Part shown: piece after piece, positions 1-9,109 of the stretch
Position numbering within the stretch: the first letter of the stretch is position 1
Layout: the number at the start of each line of letters is the position of its first letter
DNA from: an uncultured Nitrosopumilaceae archaeon
GTDB lineage: Archaea > Thermoproteota > Nitrososphaeria > Nitrososphaerales > Nitrosopumilaceae
NCBI GenBank assembly: GCA_964475825.1
Contig: CAYYXT010000005.1
Coordinates: forward strand, 43,529-75,528
Length of the DNA stretch: 32,000 nt
Direction of reading: 5' to 3'
Notes under the pieces: generated by a model
What the model was told of the DNA's origin: nothing
Databases searched by the model: none
What the model saw: only the letters and a program-made list of their open reading frames with translations
Program-made: the position numbers and the translations under genes

Positions 1-2
1 TT

Positions 3-1208
3 TTGGATGGAGTTGCATCAATGTGGTGTAATGTGTGGGGTCATTCCAAGCCTGAATTAGTCAATGCAATTACAAAACAAAGCAAGAAACTCCAACACTC
101 ATCTATGTTTAATTTAACAAATGAGCCTGCAGAAAAACTTGCAGAGAGCCTGGTAAAAATATCACCAGGAATGCACAGAGTGTTTTATTCAGATAATGGT
201 TCTTCTGCAATGGAAATTGCATTCAAGTTAGCATTACAATATTGGAATAATATTGGGGAGCGAAAGAAAACAAAGATTGTGACATTAGAAAACGGTTATC
301 ATGGAGATACATTTGGTGCAATGGCTGTAGGTTATGTTCCAGAATTTTTTGGTAAATTCAAAAAACAATTATTCCCAACAATACAAATTCCAGTACCAAA
401 CAAGTACAGAATTCCAAATGGGTATAGTTATTTTGATTATCAGAATTTTTGCATAGATAAAATTGAAAAACAATTTTCCAAAGATGATAAAACTGCTGCA
501 TTTGTCATGGAAAGTGGGGCACAAGTTGCAGGGGGAGTGATCATATTTCCAAAAGGATTTCAAAGAAAAATAAGCAAACTATGTAAAAAATATAATGTCT
601 TACTAGTATTAGATGAAATAGCGACAGGATTTGGACGTTTAGGTTCCATGATACAATATACAGAACAAAAAAGCATTCCAGATATTGTAGCATATGGAAA
701 AATGTTAACTGGCGGATATCTGACAATGGCTGCAACTTTGGCAAGCAAAAAAATTTATGATTCATTTCTAGGGGAATTTAATGATTGGAAGCATCTCTTT
801 CATGGGCATACGTTTACTGGCAATCCATTATCTGCAGCAGTTGCAAATGAAAATCTAAAATTATATCAAAAAAACAATTTGATCAAAAAAATTCAAAAAA
901 CATCAAAAATTTTTGAAGAGTATTATGATAAACTAGCAGAAATAGAAACAGTGGGAGACATTAGACACAAGGGAATGCTTATGGGAATAGAACTAGTCAA
1001 AGATAAAAAGAACAAGACACCAATCTATCCTAAAAAATCAATAAACAAAATTTTCTTTGAAGAAGGAAAAAAACACGGAATCTACCTTCGCACATTAGGA
1101 AATATTGTCATGCTTGTACCACCATTAGCAATATCTGAAGAAGAGTTAGATTTACTACTAAATAGAACAATAGACACCATCAAATCAGCACAAAATCAAG
1201 TAGTATAG
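3..1208 (+). CDS. bioA: Adenosylmethionine-8-amino-7-oxononanoate aminotransferase (BioA); 5' end cut by the window edge
   Basis: The ORF is open to the window start. It shows class-III PLP aminotransferase motifs (SMWCNVWGH, LDEIATGFGR, YGKMLTGGY with the PLP lysine). It is clustered with bioB and bioF. Confidence 0.9.
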   Translation: MDGVASMWCNVWGHSKPELVNAITKQSKKLQHSSMFNLTNEPAEKLAESLVKISPGMHRVFYSDNGSSAMEIAFKLALQYWNNIGERKKTKIVTLENGYHGDTFGAMAVGYVPEFFGKFKKQLFPTIQIPVPNKYRIPNGYSYFDYQNFCIDKIEKQFSKDDKTAAFVMESGAQVAGGVIIFPKGFQRKISKLCKKYNVLLVLDEIATGFGRLGSMIQYTEQKSIPDIVAYGKMLTGGYLTMAATLASKKIYDSFLGEFNDWKHLFHGHTFTGNPLSAAVANENLKLYQKNNLIKKIQKTSKIFEEYYDKLAEIETVGDIRHKGMLMGIELVKDKKNKTPIYPKKSINKIFFEEGKKHGIYLRTLGNIVMLVPPLAISEEELDLLLNRTIDTIKSAQNQVV

Positions 1209-1370
1209 ATCTTAATCAACTACAATATCGTGCTTGATTATCCATTTCTTGAATCAACTTTACAGGATAAAGCAGTAAATGTAGTATTTTACAAAGTATG
1301 AAACGTTACGCACAAAAAGATGGTTTTCATGCCACTAATCTTTTTTAATGGAAATTTATGCAAAAATATC

Positions 1371-2351
1371 ATGAGTGACATGTTGAAATTTATTAAAGAA
1401 TGTCAAGAAAAAGTATTTTCAGGAATTGGAATATCAAGTGATGATGCTGAAAAACTGTTTAACATATCAGATGAAAATATCAAAGAATTAGCTAGATCTG
1501 CAAATCAGATCACTAGAGATTTCAATGGAAATAAAGTAGATGTCGAACAATTAAACAACATTAAAAAGAATGCATGTAGTGAAGATTGTTCATTTTGTGG
1601 TCAATCGGCATTTTTTGATACTGGAATTGAAACATATCAATTACCAACCGCAGAAGAAGTTGTGATTAAAGCAAGTAAAGCAAAAAAAGAAGGGGCAGAA
1701 TCATACTGTCTTGTTGCAGCATGGAGAGAGCCATCTCCTAAAGACTTTGACAAAGTTTGCAATATCATCAGAGAAATTAACAACAAAGTAGGAATTAATG
1801 TAGAATGTAGCCTAGGATTTCTTACACCAGATCAAGCAAAAAAACTCAAAGAACTTGATGTGAAAAGATACAATCATAATTTGGAAACTTCAAAATCAAA
1901 ATTTTCAGAGATTTGTACTACACATACCTATGATGACAGATTAAAAACACTACAAATTGCACGCGATGCAGGATTAGAATTGTGTACCGGGGGGATTATT
2001 GGGTTAGGAGAAACAAGAAAACAAAGAATGGAACTAGCACTGGAATTAGCTGTACTTTATCCTGAAGAAGTAACCATAAACATACTGATTCCGGTTCCAG
2101 GAACCCCATTGGAATTACAAACAAAATTAGCAAATTCGGAGATTGTGAGAATGTTTTCAGTGATCAGATTTCTTTTACCAGAATCCGTGATAAAAATTTC
2201 AGGTGGGAGAGAAACAAACCTTGATGATTCAGGTGAAGAGTTATTGCAAAGTGGGGCAAACGGCATAATCACATCAGGTTATCTTACAATAGGCGGAAAC
2301 GACTCTGAGAAAGATTTCAAAATGATAAAAAAGATGGGGCTAGAAGCTTAA
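1371..2351 (+). CDS. bioB: Biotin synthase (radical SAM)
   Basis: Radical-SAM CxxxCxxC motif (CSEDCSFCGQS) and BioB-like downstream blocks (YNHNLETS, GGIIGLGE). The ORF opens at 1320, but the ATG at 1371 (MSDMLKF) is the more plausible start. Confidence 0.9.
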   Translation: MSDMLKFIKECQEKVFSGIGISSDDAEKLFNISDENIKELARSANQITRDFNGNKVDVEQLNNIKKNACSEDCSFCGQSAFFDTGIETYQLPTAEEVVIKASKAKKEGAESYCLVAAWREPSPKDFDKVCNIIREINNKVGINVECSLGFLTPDQAKKLKELDVKRYNHNLETSKSKFSEICTTHTYDDRLKTLQIARDAGLELCTGGIIGLGETRKQRMELALELAVLYPEEVTINILIPVPGTPLELQTKLANSEIVRMFSVIRFLLPESVIKISGGRETNLDDSGEELLQSGANGIITSGYLTIGGNDSEKDFKMIKKMGLEA

Positions 2352-2503
2352 AGCCACAGTATTTTTCATATTAGATACATGCTGTAAAAATTGTAATTGT
2401 ATAATTCATTCGTGTGCGAAATTTTATAAAAATAGTAATGTAATGTTTCCCATGAATGGGGAATAGAACGTTTCTTAATTAATCACGAAATAATTTTAAC
2501 AAC

Positions 2504-2671
2504 ATGAAAAATAATCAACATATCCAATCAATATCATTACTTGAAACATTAAACCAAGAACTAGATTCAATAATCAAAAATATGTTTGATGAAGAACGTA
2601 AACATCTCACAGATCTTGAAATTAAACATTTAATAAAAATGACACATTATGCGGTAATGAAAATAAAATAG
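2504..2671 (+). CDS. Hypothetical 55-aa protein (micro-ORF, helical and charged)
   Basis: ATG-to-TAG ORF read by hand (MKNNQHIQSISLLETLNQELDSIIKNMFDEERKHLTDLEIKHLIKMTHYAVMKIK). It is below the ORF-track cutoff and no recognisable family was seen. Confidence 0.2.
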   Translation: MKNNQHIQSISLLETLNQELDSIIKNMFDEERKHLTDLEIKHLIKMTHYAVMKIK

Positions 2672-2690
2672 CAAACAAAAGAGGCATCTT

Positions 2691-2876
2691 ATGAATATTT
2701 GTAACGATAGACACGCCACAATATACAAAATCACTTACAAGGGGTTCAAAGGTTCTAAACGCACTCATAAGTGGTTAGTTTGTAATATGTGCATGGAAAA
2801 CAAATTATGTTTTAACAATAAAGATGAAATTCTAAAGATAGTTCAAGTGAGCAAAACAATTGTGTTTAATGTTTGA
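2691..2876 (+). CDS. Hypothetical 61-aa Cys-containing protein
   Basis: ORF-track entry with four Cys including CNMC, so it may be a small zinc-binding protein. No family recognised. Confidence 0.2.
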   Translation: MNICNDRHATIYKITYKGFKGSKRTHKWLVCNMCMENKLCFNNKDEILKIVQVSKTIVFNV

Positions 2877-3213
2877 TAATCATAAAATAATGTCCATATG
2901 AGATTTTGTTACAATGGAATCTGAATTTATGGTTCTAATACCTTAACATATGATTTTTTCTTTCTTCGAAATTGCAATTTTTTTATAGCTAACTCTAATT
3001 CTACAATAGTTCTTTGATCCTCTAACATTCTTTCTACGCTGCTATCCAAATCTATTATTTCATATGTTATGAAGATTTAAGACTTACCGTGAATCTTGAG
3101 CCTGGTTGTTTACTCATGCGTCTTGTAAGTGTTAGAATATCAATGTGAATTATCAGATGTTAGTTAAAAAATAAGAAAAGAATTTACGCATGGATAATTT
3201 CAATTTAGAATAG

Positions 3214-4347
3214 TTGGTCTTGAATCATAAATTAAGTTTTGTTGATTTGGAATTAGAGCAAATAAAACAAAATAATCTTTATAGAAAATTAAGATATGGT
3301 AAATCAAATCAAGCAAACATTACAATCAATGGAAAAAAATTACTAAACCTTTGTTCAAATGATTATTTGGGAATACCAGTCACAAAAATAAAAATAAAAC
3401 AAATGCAATCAAGCTCAAGACTAGTTTCAGGAAATGATGAATCATATAAAATATTAGAAGACAAACTTGCAAAACACAAATCACAACAAACTAGCTTGAT
3501 TTATCCTACAGGATATATGGCAAATTTAGGTTCAATTACTGCAATTGCAAAAAAAGGAGATTTAATTTTAAGTGATGAATTAAATCATGCGAGTATAATT
3601 GAATCATGCAAGCTTGCAGGAGCAAAAATTTTAATTTACAAACATAACGATATTGAAGATTTAAATAAAAAACTCAAGCAAAAAGGCAAAAACAAATTCG
3701 TTATCACTGAAGGAGTGTTTAGTATGGATGGAGATTTCTCAAAACTAAAAGAGATTACAGAGATTGTAGAAAAATCAAAAGCAATCACTATACTTGATGA
3801 TGCACATGGGGATTTTGTTGTTGGAACAGATGGAAAAGGAACTCCAAGTTACTTTAATATCACAAAAAAAATTGATTTGTATATTAGCAGTCTAAGTAAA
3901 GGTCTAGGATCATTTGGAGGATACGTTTCATCACAGAATAATGTAATAGACTTGTGCATAAACAAATCAAAATCTTTTATATACACTTCAGCACTTCCAT
4001 CATTTTTAGTTGAATATTCATTGAAAAGATTTGAATCAAATAGAGAAAAACAAAGGAAAAAGCTAGAAAATAATACGAATCTACTTTCTAAAGGTTTGAG
4101 ACAAATAGGATACCAAATTGATTCAAAAACACATATCATTCCAATTATCATCGGTAAAGAAAAAATAGCAATGAATTTTGGAGAATTTCTCTTTGAAAGA
4201 GGAGTATTTGTCCAACCCATAAGATACCCAACCGTGCCTAAAAACAAAGCAAGATTAAGAATATCAGTTACCGCTTGGTTATCTAGAAAAGATATCAACA
4301 CCACATTGGCTATTTTTGAGCAAGCTGCTAAAAAATTTAAAACATAG
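3214..4347 (+). CDS. bioF: 8-amino-7-oxononanoate synthase (BioF/Kbl-type alpha-oxoamine synthase)
   Basis: AONS-family blocks (NDYLG, GYMANLG, DELNHASII, DDAHG, SSLSKGLGSFGG with the PLP lysine). TTG start. bio gene context. Confidence 0.85.
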   Translation: MVLNHKLSFVDLELEQIKQNNLYRKLRYGKSNQANITINGKKLLNLCSNDYLGIPVTKIKIKQMQSSSRLVSGNDESYKILEDKLAKHKSQQTSLIYPTGYMANLGSITAIAKKGDLILSDELNHASIIESCKLAGAKILIYKHNDIEDLNKKLKQKGKNKFVITEGVFSMDGDFSKLKEITEIVEKSKAITILDDAHGDFVVGTDGKGTPSYFNITKKIDLYISSLSKGLGSFGGYVSSQNNVIDLCINKSKSFIYTSALPSFLVEYSLKRFESNREKQRKKLENNTNLLSKGLRQIGYQIDSKTHIIPIIIGKEKIAMNFGEFLFERGVFVQPIRYPTVPKNKARLRISVTAWLSRKDINTTLAIFEQAAKKFKT

Positions 4348-4426
4348 ATTTAAAAATCAGCGTTCAACGTCCAAAATGTTATATCATAACACATAACAAA
4401 TTCAAAACGAGGCATTATAGTCAAAG

Positions 4427-4828
4427 TTGGAAACAGTAAATGAATCAAACAGATTCAACACAATCAATAAAACTGCATTTATTGGTGTGATTTCTACTCT
4501 TTTAATATTATACACAGTAAATAATATTGTAAGCATTGAATATTTTTCAAAGTATATTTCATTACCCATATACACCATAATTCCAGGTACACTCATAATT
4601 TTATCCATATGGGCACTATCAAGAGCAGACAAAATACAAGAAATTTCAAAAAAATCTCTTTTCTTTTTAGTTTTATCTTTTAGTTCATGGTTTACAGCTG
4701 AACAAACTGGAACTGGGTTAGGATTAGTAAGCTGTAAAAATATCATAGAACAGCATGGTGGAAAAATAACAGTGAAAAATAATCCAACTACATTTACAAT
4801 AGCATTACCAAAAAAATCTACTCATTAA
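4427..4828 (+). pseudogene. Histidine-kinase relic: hydrophobic N-terminal segments fused directly to the last ~40 aa of a HATPase_c domain (G2 box)
   Basis: The C-terminus GTGLGLVSCKNIIEQHGGKITVKNNPTTFTIALP is a classic G2-box/lid end of a sensor kinase. No H-box, N-box or G1 box precedes it. The 133 codons contain no in-frame ATG. The frame opens with TTG directly after a TAG. Confidence 0.6.
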
Positions 4829-5165
4829 TCATTTTAACTAGCTTATTAATATCAATGGGTTTAAGAATAATCAAGTCATGTTGCATTTTTTTTAGTTTTG
4901 TACGTGTTTCCTCAGTTTGATCAGCAGTTATTATTATTTTGACATCTAGATTAATATTTTTGATGTGTTCTAATCCATAAAATCCGTCATATTGGGGCAT
5001 CATCATATCCATCAATACAACATCTGGTATGTATTTAGAAAATTTCTGCACCGCATCATACCCATTTATTGCCTTTGCAACAACCTTGATCCCTTTGAAT
5101 TCAAGAATATCGGATAATGCATCACGACTATCTTCGTCATCATCAACTACAATTACGCGTTTCAA
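4818..5165 (-). CDS. Single-domain response regulator (CheY-like receiver)
   Basis: Receiver signature residues are intact (DDD at 8-10, D53 in LMDMMMP, T80, K102 in ILKP). TTG start. It overlaps the kinase relic by 11 nt, convergently. Confidence 0.85.
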   Translation of the reverse strand: MKRVIVVDDDEDSRDALSDILEFKGIKVVAKAINGYDAVQKFSKYIPDVVLMDMMMPQYDGFYGLEHIKNINLDVKIIITADQTEETRTKLKKMQHDLIILKPIDINKLVKMINE

Positions 5166-5254
5166 CGAGAAAGATGAGCATGCACATCAATAATAATTTA
5201 AGGTGTTAATTTTTGACTTCTATATTTAGAACGTATAAAAAACATACAGTATAA

Positions 5255-5359
5255 TTATCTGAACATATCAAAGCCACCAATAGCTGGGGACCCAATCAAA
5301 ACAGCAAATGTAACAATAATGCCTAAAACAATACCCACGATGACAAAACGCTTGTTCAT
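5255..5359 (-). CDS. Hypothetical 34-aa single-TM micro-protein
   Basis: Hand-read ATG ORF MNKRFVIVGIVLGIIVTFAVLIGSPAIGGFDMFR in an otherwise empty gap. It has a basic N-terminus followed by one hydrophobic helix. Confidence 0.25.
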   Translation of the reverse strand: MNKRFVIVGIVLGIIVTFAVLIGSPAIGGFDMFR

Positions 5360-5454
5360 ACTAAAAACAGTTTTAGCCTAGATAAAAACGAAATGTCTTT
5401 GCATCAGGCAAGATTTGGAACAATCTTTTAAAAGAAAAATCAGCACTTTAATTT

Positions 5455-6189
5455 GTGGTAGAAATAACACTTGCAGTTGCAGCATTAGCAGGATTAGCAT
5501 CATTTGTTGCACCGTGTATATTGCCAATGATTCCTGCATTTTTAGCATATATTTCAGGAACTACATTAAGCGATCTAAATCAAAATAAAGGCTCCAATAC
5601 AAATACCATTAACAGAACAAACATCATTCTAAATTCAGTATTTTTTGTTCTTGGATTTTCTGTTGTTTTTTCTACATTGGGGGTGATAATCAATAGTGTT
5701 CTAGCAAATACTGTTGGGGAACTAATTGAAGGGTTAAACCAAATAGGCGGAATCATAATTGTAGGATTTGGAATTTTCTTGTTACTCTCAACTAAAATTA
5801 ATAAACTCAACGTAGAAAAAAAATTCTTTCCTAAAAGATCAAAAGCAAGCTATCCATTGTCATTTGTTTTTGGATTAGCATTTGCAGCTGGATGGACGCC
5901 ATGTGTAGGACCAATATTAGGAGCAATTCTAACACTTGCAACGACAACCCCGTCTATGGCATTTAATTTACTTCTTGTTTATTCGCTGGGATTAGGAATT
6001 CCGTTTATTTTGATCGGCGTATTTTATTCTAGAGCAAATAAACTTATTAAAATTATGAGTAAACATCTAAAATTTTATAATATAATTTTAGGAGCATTCA
6101 TAGTTATTTTAGGAGTTTTGGTATTTACAAATCAATTAGCGTATATTGCTAATTTTCCATTACTAAATGAATTCCTACTTTTGAGTTGA
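5455..6189 (+). CDS. ccdA: Cytochrome c biogenesis/thiol-disulfide transporter CcdA (DsbD family membrane protein)
   Basis: Polytopic membrane protein with the two conserved Cys motifs (FVAPCILPMIP and GWTPCVGPILG). GTG start. Confidence 0.85.
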   Translation: MVEITLAVAALAGLASFVAPCILPMIPAFLAYISGTTLSDLNQNKGSNTNTINRTNIILNSVFFVLGFSVVFSTLGVIINSVLANTVGELIEGLNQIGGIIIVGFGIFLLLSTKINKLNVEKKFFPKRSKASYPLSFVFGLAFAAGWTPCVGPILGAILTLATTTPSMAFNLLLVYSLGLGIPFILIGVFYSRANKLIKIMSKHLKFYNIILGAFIVILGVLVFTNQLAYIANFPLLNEFLLLS

Positions 6190-6193
6190 TCAG

Positions 6194-7303
6194 ATGAGGT
6201 CAGAAGTTAAAACTGCTACAATTTTTGGAATAATAATAATAGTTGTTGTTGGAATGATCAGTATTTTGTTTTCTTCGCTGGATTTAGAGTTTACACCCAC
6301 AGAGATTACTCAGGATGGAAGCACGATCACAAATATCGATAAATCAAAGTTCAAAAAAGCACCAGAACTGGTAGGAATTGCATATTATCTCAATACGACT
6401 CCAGAAGAAATAGCAAATGCAATTAAGGGTAAAGTTGTATTATATGACATTTGGACATACAGTTGCATTAATTGTATAAGAACACTTCCATACATCATAG
6501 CATGGAATGAAAAGTATTCAAATGAAGGATTGTTAATTGTCGGAATACATTCACCTGAATTTGAATTTGAAAAAAATCCAGTAAATGTAGAAATGGCAAT
6601 CAAGAAACATGGCATAACATATCCTGTTGTAATGGATAATGATTTGGAAACTTGGAAGGCATTTGAAAATAGGTATTGGCCTAGAAAATACATTGTAGAT
6701 AATGAAGGATACATACGATATGATCATATTGGAGAAGGAGGATATCAGGAAACAGAAAAAATAATTCAGAAACTATTAAAAGAAAGGGCAATATCACTGG
6801 GATTGCAAACTAGATCTACAGAACAATTAGTCAGTATTGAAGAATTTGAACATACGAATTTTAGAACACCTGAATTGTATTTTGGATACAAGTTTGCACA
6901 AGGAAGAAATCAATTAGGAAGTAATGAAGGATTCAAACCTGACAATACCGTTGCGTATTCTGAACCGAATAATTTAGAATTACACAAGTTCTATCCAATA
7001 GGAGATTGGAAGAACCTTGAAGACAGTATGGAGTTAGAATCAGAAATTGGCACAATCAAACTACACTACAATGCAAAAGAAGTGAACATCGTCACAGCAT
7101 ATAGTGCTCAACTAGAAATATTTCTTGATGGATTGCCAATATCAAAAGAAGATTCTGGAACAGATGTGGATTTGGAGAACAAGATTACAGTATCAGAACC
7201 AGGACTATACAACATCATAAGCAGTAATGAGTCTTCATCTCATGTACTGGAAATCAAAATCAATAATCCGGGATTTCGAATATACACATTTACCTTTGGC
7301 TAA
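6194..7303 (+). CDS. Membrane-anchored thioredoxin-like (redoxin/TlpA-like) protein with a C-terminal ~180-aa beta-rich extension (DipZ C-terminal-like)
   Basis: N-terminal TM helix and a thioredoxin-fold CxxC (WTYSCINCIRTLP). It lies 5 nt downstream of ccdA. Confidence 0.8.
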   Translation: MRSEVKTATIFGIIIIVVVGMISILFSSLDLEFTPTEITQDGSTITNIDKSKFKKAPELVGIAYYLNTTPEEIANAIKGKVVLYDIWTYSCINCIRTLPYIIAWNEKYSNEGLLIVGIHSPEFEFEKNPVNVEMAIKKHGITYPVVMDNDLETWKAFENRYWPRKYIVDNEGYIRYDHIGEGGYQETEKIIQKLLKERAISLGLQTRSTEQLVSIEEFEHTNFRTPELYFGYKFAQGRNQLGSNEGFKPDNTVAYSEPNNLELHKFYPIGDWKNLEDSMELESEIGTIKLHYNAKEVNIVTAYSAQLEIFLDGLPISKEDSGTDVDLENKITVSEPGLYNIISSNESSSHVLEIKINNPGFRIYTFTFG

Positions 7304-7338
7304 CATGTAACCAAACCCCCATGTTACTGTGGTTACAT
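7301..7338 (+). terminator. Two mutually exclusive stem-loops starting at the stop codon of the thioredoxin-like gene
   Basis: TAACATG (7301-7307) pairs with CATGTTA (7320-7326). ATGTAACC (7305-7312) pairs with GGTTACAT (7331-7338). Confidence 0.3.
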
Positions 7339-7399
7339 ATACATTAGTGACAAATTCATTTAAAACAAAATTTCATATCATTAATGAGGAAATAAAGAT

Positions 7400-8053
7400 T
7401 TGATAAGTAACTCATGGAATAAAGCAGAAGGGGAAAGCATTTCTCAAAGAGTAATGAGCAGAGTTAAACCAGATATTCCATTAAAAACAAGAATCGAAGA
7501 GGCACAAAAAAAATTACAATTTCAAATTAGTAAATTAGAAGGAATTACAGAAAAATTACAAAAGAAACATGACGGAATTTTTGAAAAGGTGGTTAATGCT
7601 CAAAAATCACACAGCAATGCATATGCTCAAGCATATGCAACCGAACTTGTTCAGGTTAGAAAGATGAAAAACATGGTAGGCGGAGCAAAACTTGCAATGG
7701 AACAAATTCAATTAAGACTCAATACAGTATCTGAACTTGGAGATGTTGTAGTAACACTTAGTCCATGCATGTCGATAATCAAGGGATTGAGTCCATCACT
7801 TAGTGGAATAATGCCAGAAGCAACATCATCTATGCAAGATTTATCACAAATATTAGGAGATGTAATGATTGGCTCTTCAATTGAAGGAAGTGACTTGATG
7901 AGTACAGGAAGTGTTACCAGTTCGGATACACTAGCAATTCTTGAAGAAGCGCATTCAGTAATTGCAGGACAAACAAAATCATCAATACCAGACATTCCAG
8001 ACAATCTAAAACACGAGATTATTCAGAGAAGAACATCAGATGTTTTGATCTAA
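7400..8053 (+). CDS. cdvB: ESCRT-III family protein (CdvB-like, Snf7 fold)
   Basis: Helical-hairpin pattern resembling crenarchaeal/thaumarchaeal CdvB (FEKVVNAQKS, YATELVQVRKM, RLNTVSELGDVVVTLSPCMSIIKGLS, IMPEATSSMQDLSQILGDVM). TTG start. Recognised from memory, not searched. Confidence 0.65.
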   Translation: MISNSWNKAEGESISQRVMSRVKPDIPLKTRIEEAQKKLQFQISKLEGITEKLQKKHDGIFEKVVNAQKSHSNAYAQAYATELVQVRKMKNMVGGAKLAMEQIQLRLNTVSELGDVVVTLSPCMSIIKGLSPSLSGIMPEATSSMQDLSQILGDVMIGSSIEGSDLMSTGSVTSSDTLAILEEAHSVIAGQTKSSIPDIPDNLKHEIIQRRTSDVLI

Positions 8054-8070
8054 TTAATTAAGATCTAATG

Positions 8071-8412
8071 TTATTTTATTTTCTTTTTACTTTTTTGAAT
8101 TAAAATTTTCTTAATTCGAGATATTGTAGGATAGCTGTAACCCCTACGACGATAATTGGCAATCATCATTTTCCAATTTTTTAATCTCCATTGAGCTTGT
8201 TCGGATGTAACAGAGTGAACTTCTTTTTGAATAATGCTTTTTCTTCCAACTTTTAGTGTTCCAGCATCTTTTGCAGCCCATCGATTTTTGGCAAATTTTA
8301 GACCAGATAGAATGTCATCGATTGGCATTTCCTTAAAATACTCTCGTAGTTTTTTTAGTTCAACTTCAGTAGGTTGTTGAGATATTTGTAACTCAATTAC
8401 AGGTTTTTGCAT
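8071..8412 (-). CDS. Hypothetical basic 113-aa protein
   Basis: Clean ATG ORF with a lysine-rich C-terminus. No family recognised. Confidence 0.5.
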   Translation of the reverse strand: MQKPVIELQISQQPTEVELKKLREYFKEMPIDDILSGLKFAKNRWAAKDAGTLKVGRKSIIQKEVHSVTSEQAQWRLKNWKMMIANYRRRGYSYPTISRIKKILIQKSKKKIK

Positions 8413-8506
8413 GAAATTCGTTGGAACTAATAGTTTAAGAAATTCTTGCTGAATCAGATTTAACCAAAACAGAAAATAAATGAAAAGTAATGACTATTAG
8501 AAGGGG

Positions 8507-8629
8507 CTAGCAGTCAAGTAATGCTAAGGTAGAATTTTTACAAATTGTATTATATATTCCAAATCCAAAAATCAGTGCACCAAATACTGCTAATGGAATT
8601 ATGATGAAAATTTTTGTCTTCAAACCCAT
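8507..8629 (-). CDS. Hypothetical 40-aa single-TM micro-protein
   Basis: Hand-read ORF MGLKTKIFIIIPLAVFGALIFGFGIYNTICKNSTLALLDC in an intergenic gap. Confidence 0.25.
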   Translation of the reverse strand: MGLKTKIFIIIPLAVFGALIFGFGIYNTICKNSTLALLDC

Positions 8630-8668
8630 ATTGTAGATTAAACATGTTCATATAAAATCGTCACAGAT

Positions 8669-9109
8669 TTAATCAATTATGATGGTAAACGTTCCTTTGG
8701 TTTTTGGATTTTGTAGTAATGATATCATTTCTCTTGGGATAAGATCAGATGCTTTATCGCATTTTACAGCCAAGGTTCTAGGACATACAAAGCCACTTTT
8801 TCTAATTACGATATCTTCCAGATGAGTAAGAATGAGATTCTCATGGCCTCTGCCCTCAACATTAAATTCATGTTTACCTACTTTAATTGAAAATATCACT
8901 TTTGAATTTGGATTTTGTAATTTTTTTTTTAATGAAGGTGGTAAATCTGCACAGCTAGCTGAGGCATTAACTCCAACAATACAATCACCACTTGGAGTAA
9001 GATGAGACTCTTTTGTGATTTCAATTGTTTTCTGATGATTTGATCTGATATTTTCATGACCAGAAAATTGAATTTCGAATCTCACGGCAGGATAGATAAC
9101 CCGACTCAA
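8669..9109 (-). CDS. DUF371 domain protein (archaeal, function unknown)
   Basis: Matches the remembered DUF371 pattern (GHENIRSNHQKTIEITKESHLTPSGDCIVGV, IVIRKSGFVCPRTLAVKCDKAS). Confidence 0.65.
   Translation of the reverse strand: MSRVIYPAVRFEIQFSGHENIRSNHQKTIEITKESHLTPSGDCIVGVNASASCADLPPSLKKKLQNPNSKVIFSIKVGKHEFNVEGRGHENLILTHLEDIVIRKSGFVCPRTLAVKCDKASDLIPREMISLLQNPKTKGTFTIIID

Noticed and set aside
3849-4304. 151-aa ORF antisense to bioF
   Set aside because: It lies entirely inside a well-supported gene on the opposite strand. Its composition is hydrophobic and low-complexity, typical of shadow frames, and no motifs were seen.
8103-8132. Half-copy of the palindromic element (TTTTCTTAATTCGA) near the 3' end of the 8071-8412 gene
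   Set aside because: Only the left arm matches, the right arm is unrelated, and it lies within coding sequence. It is likely chance similarity in AT-rich DNA.
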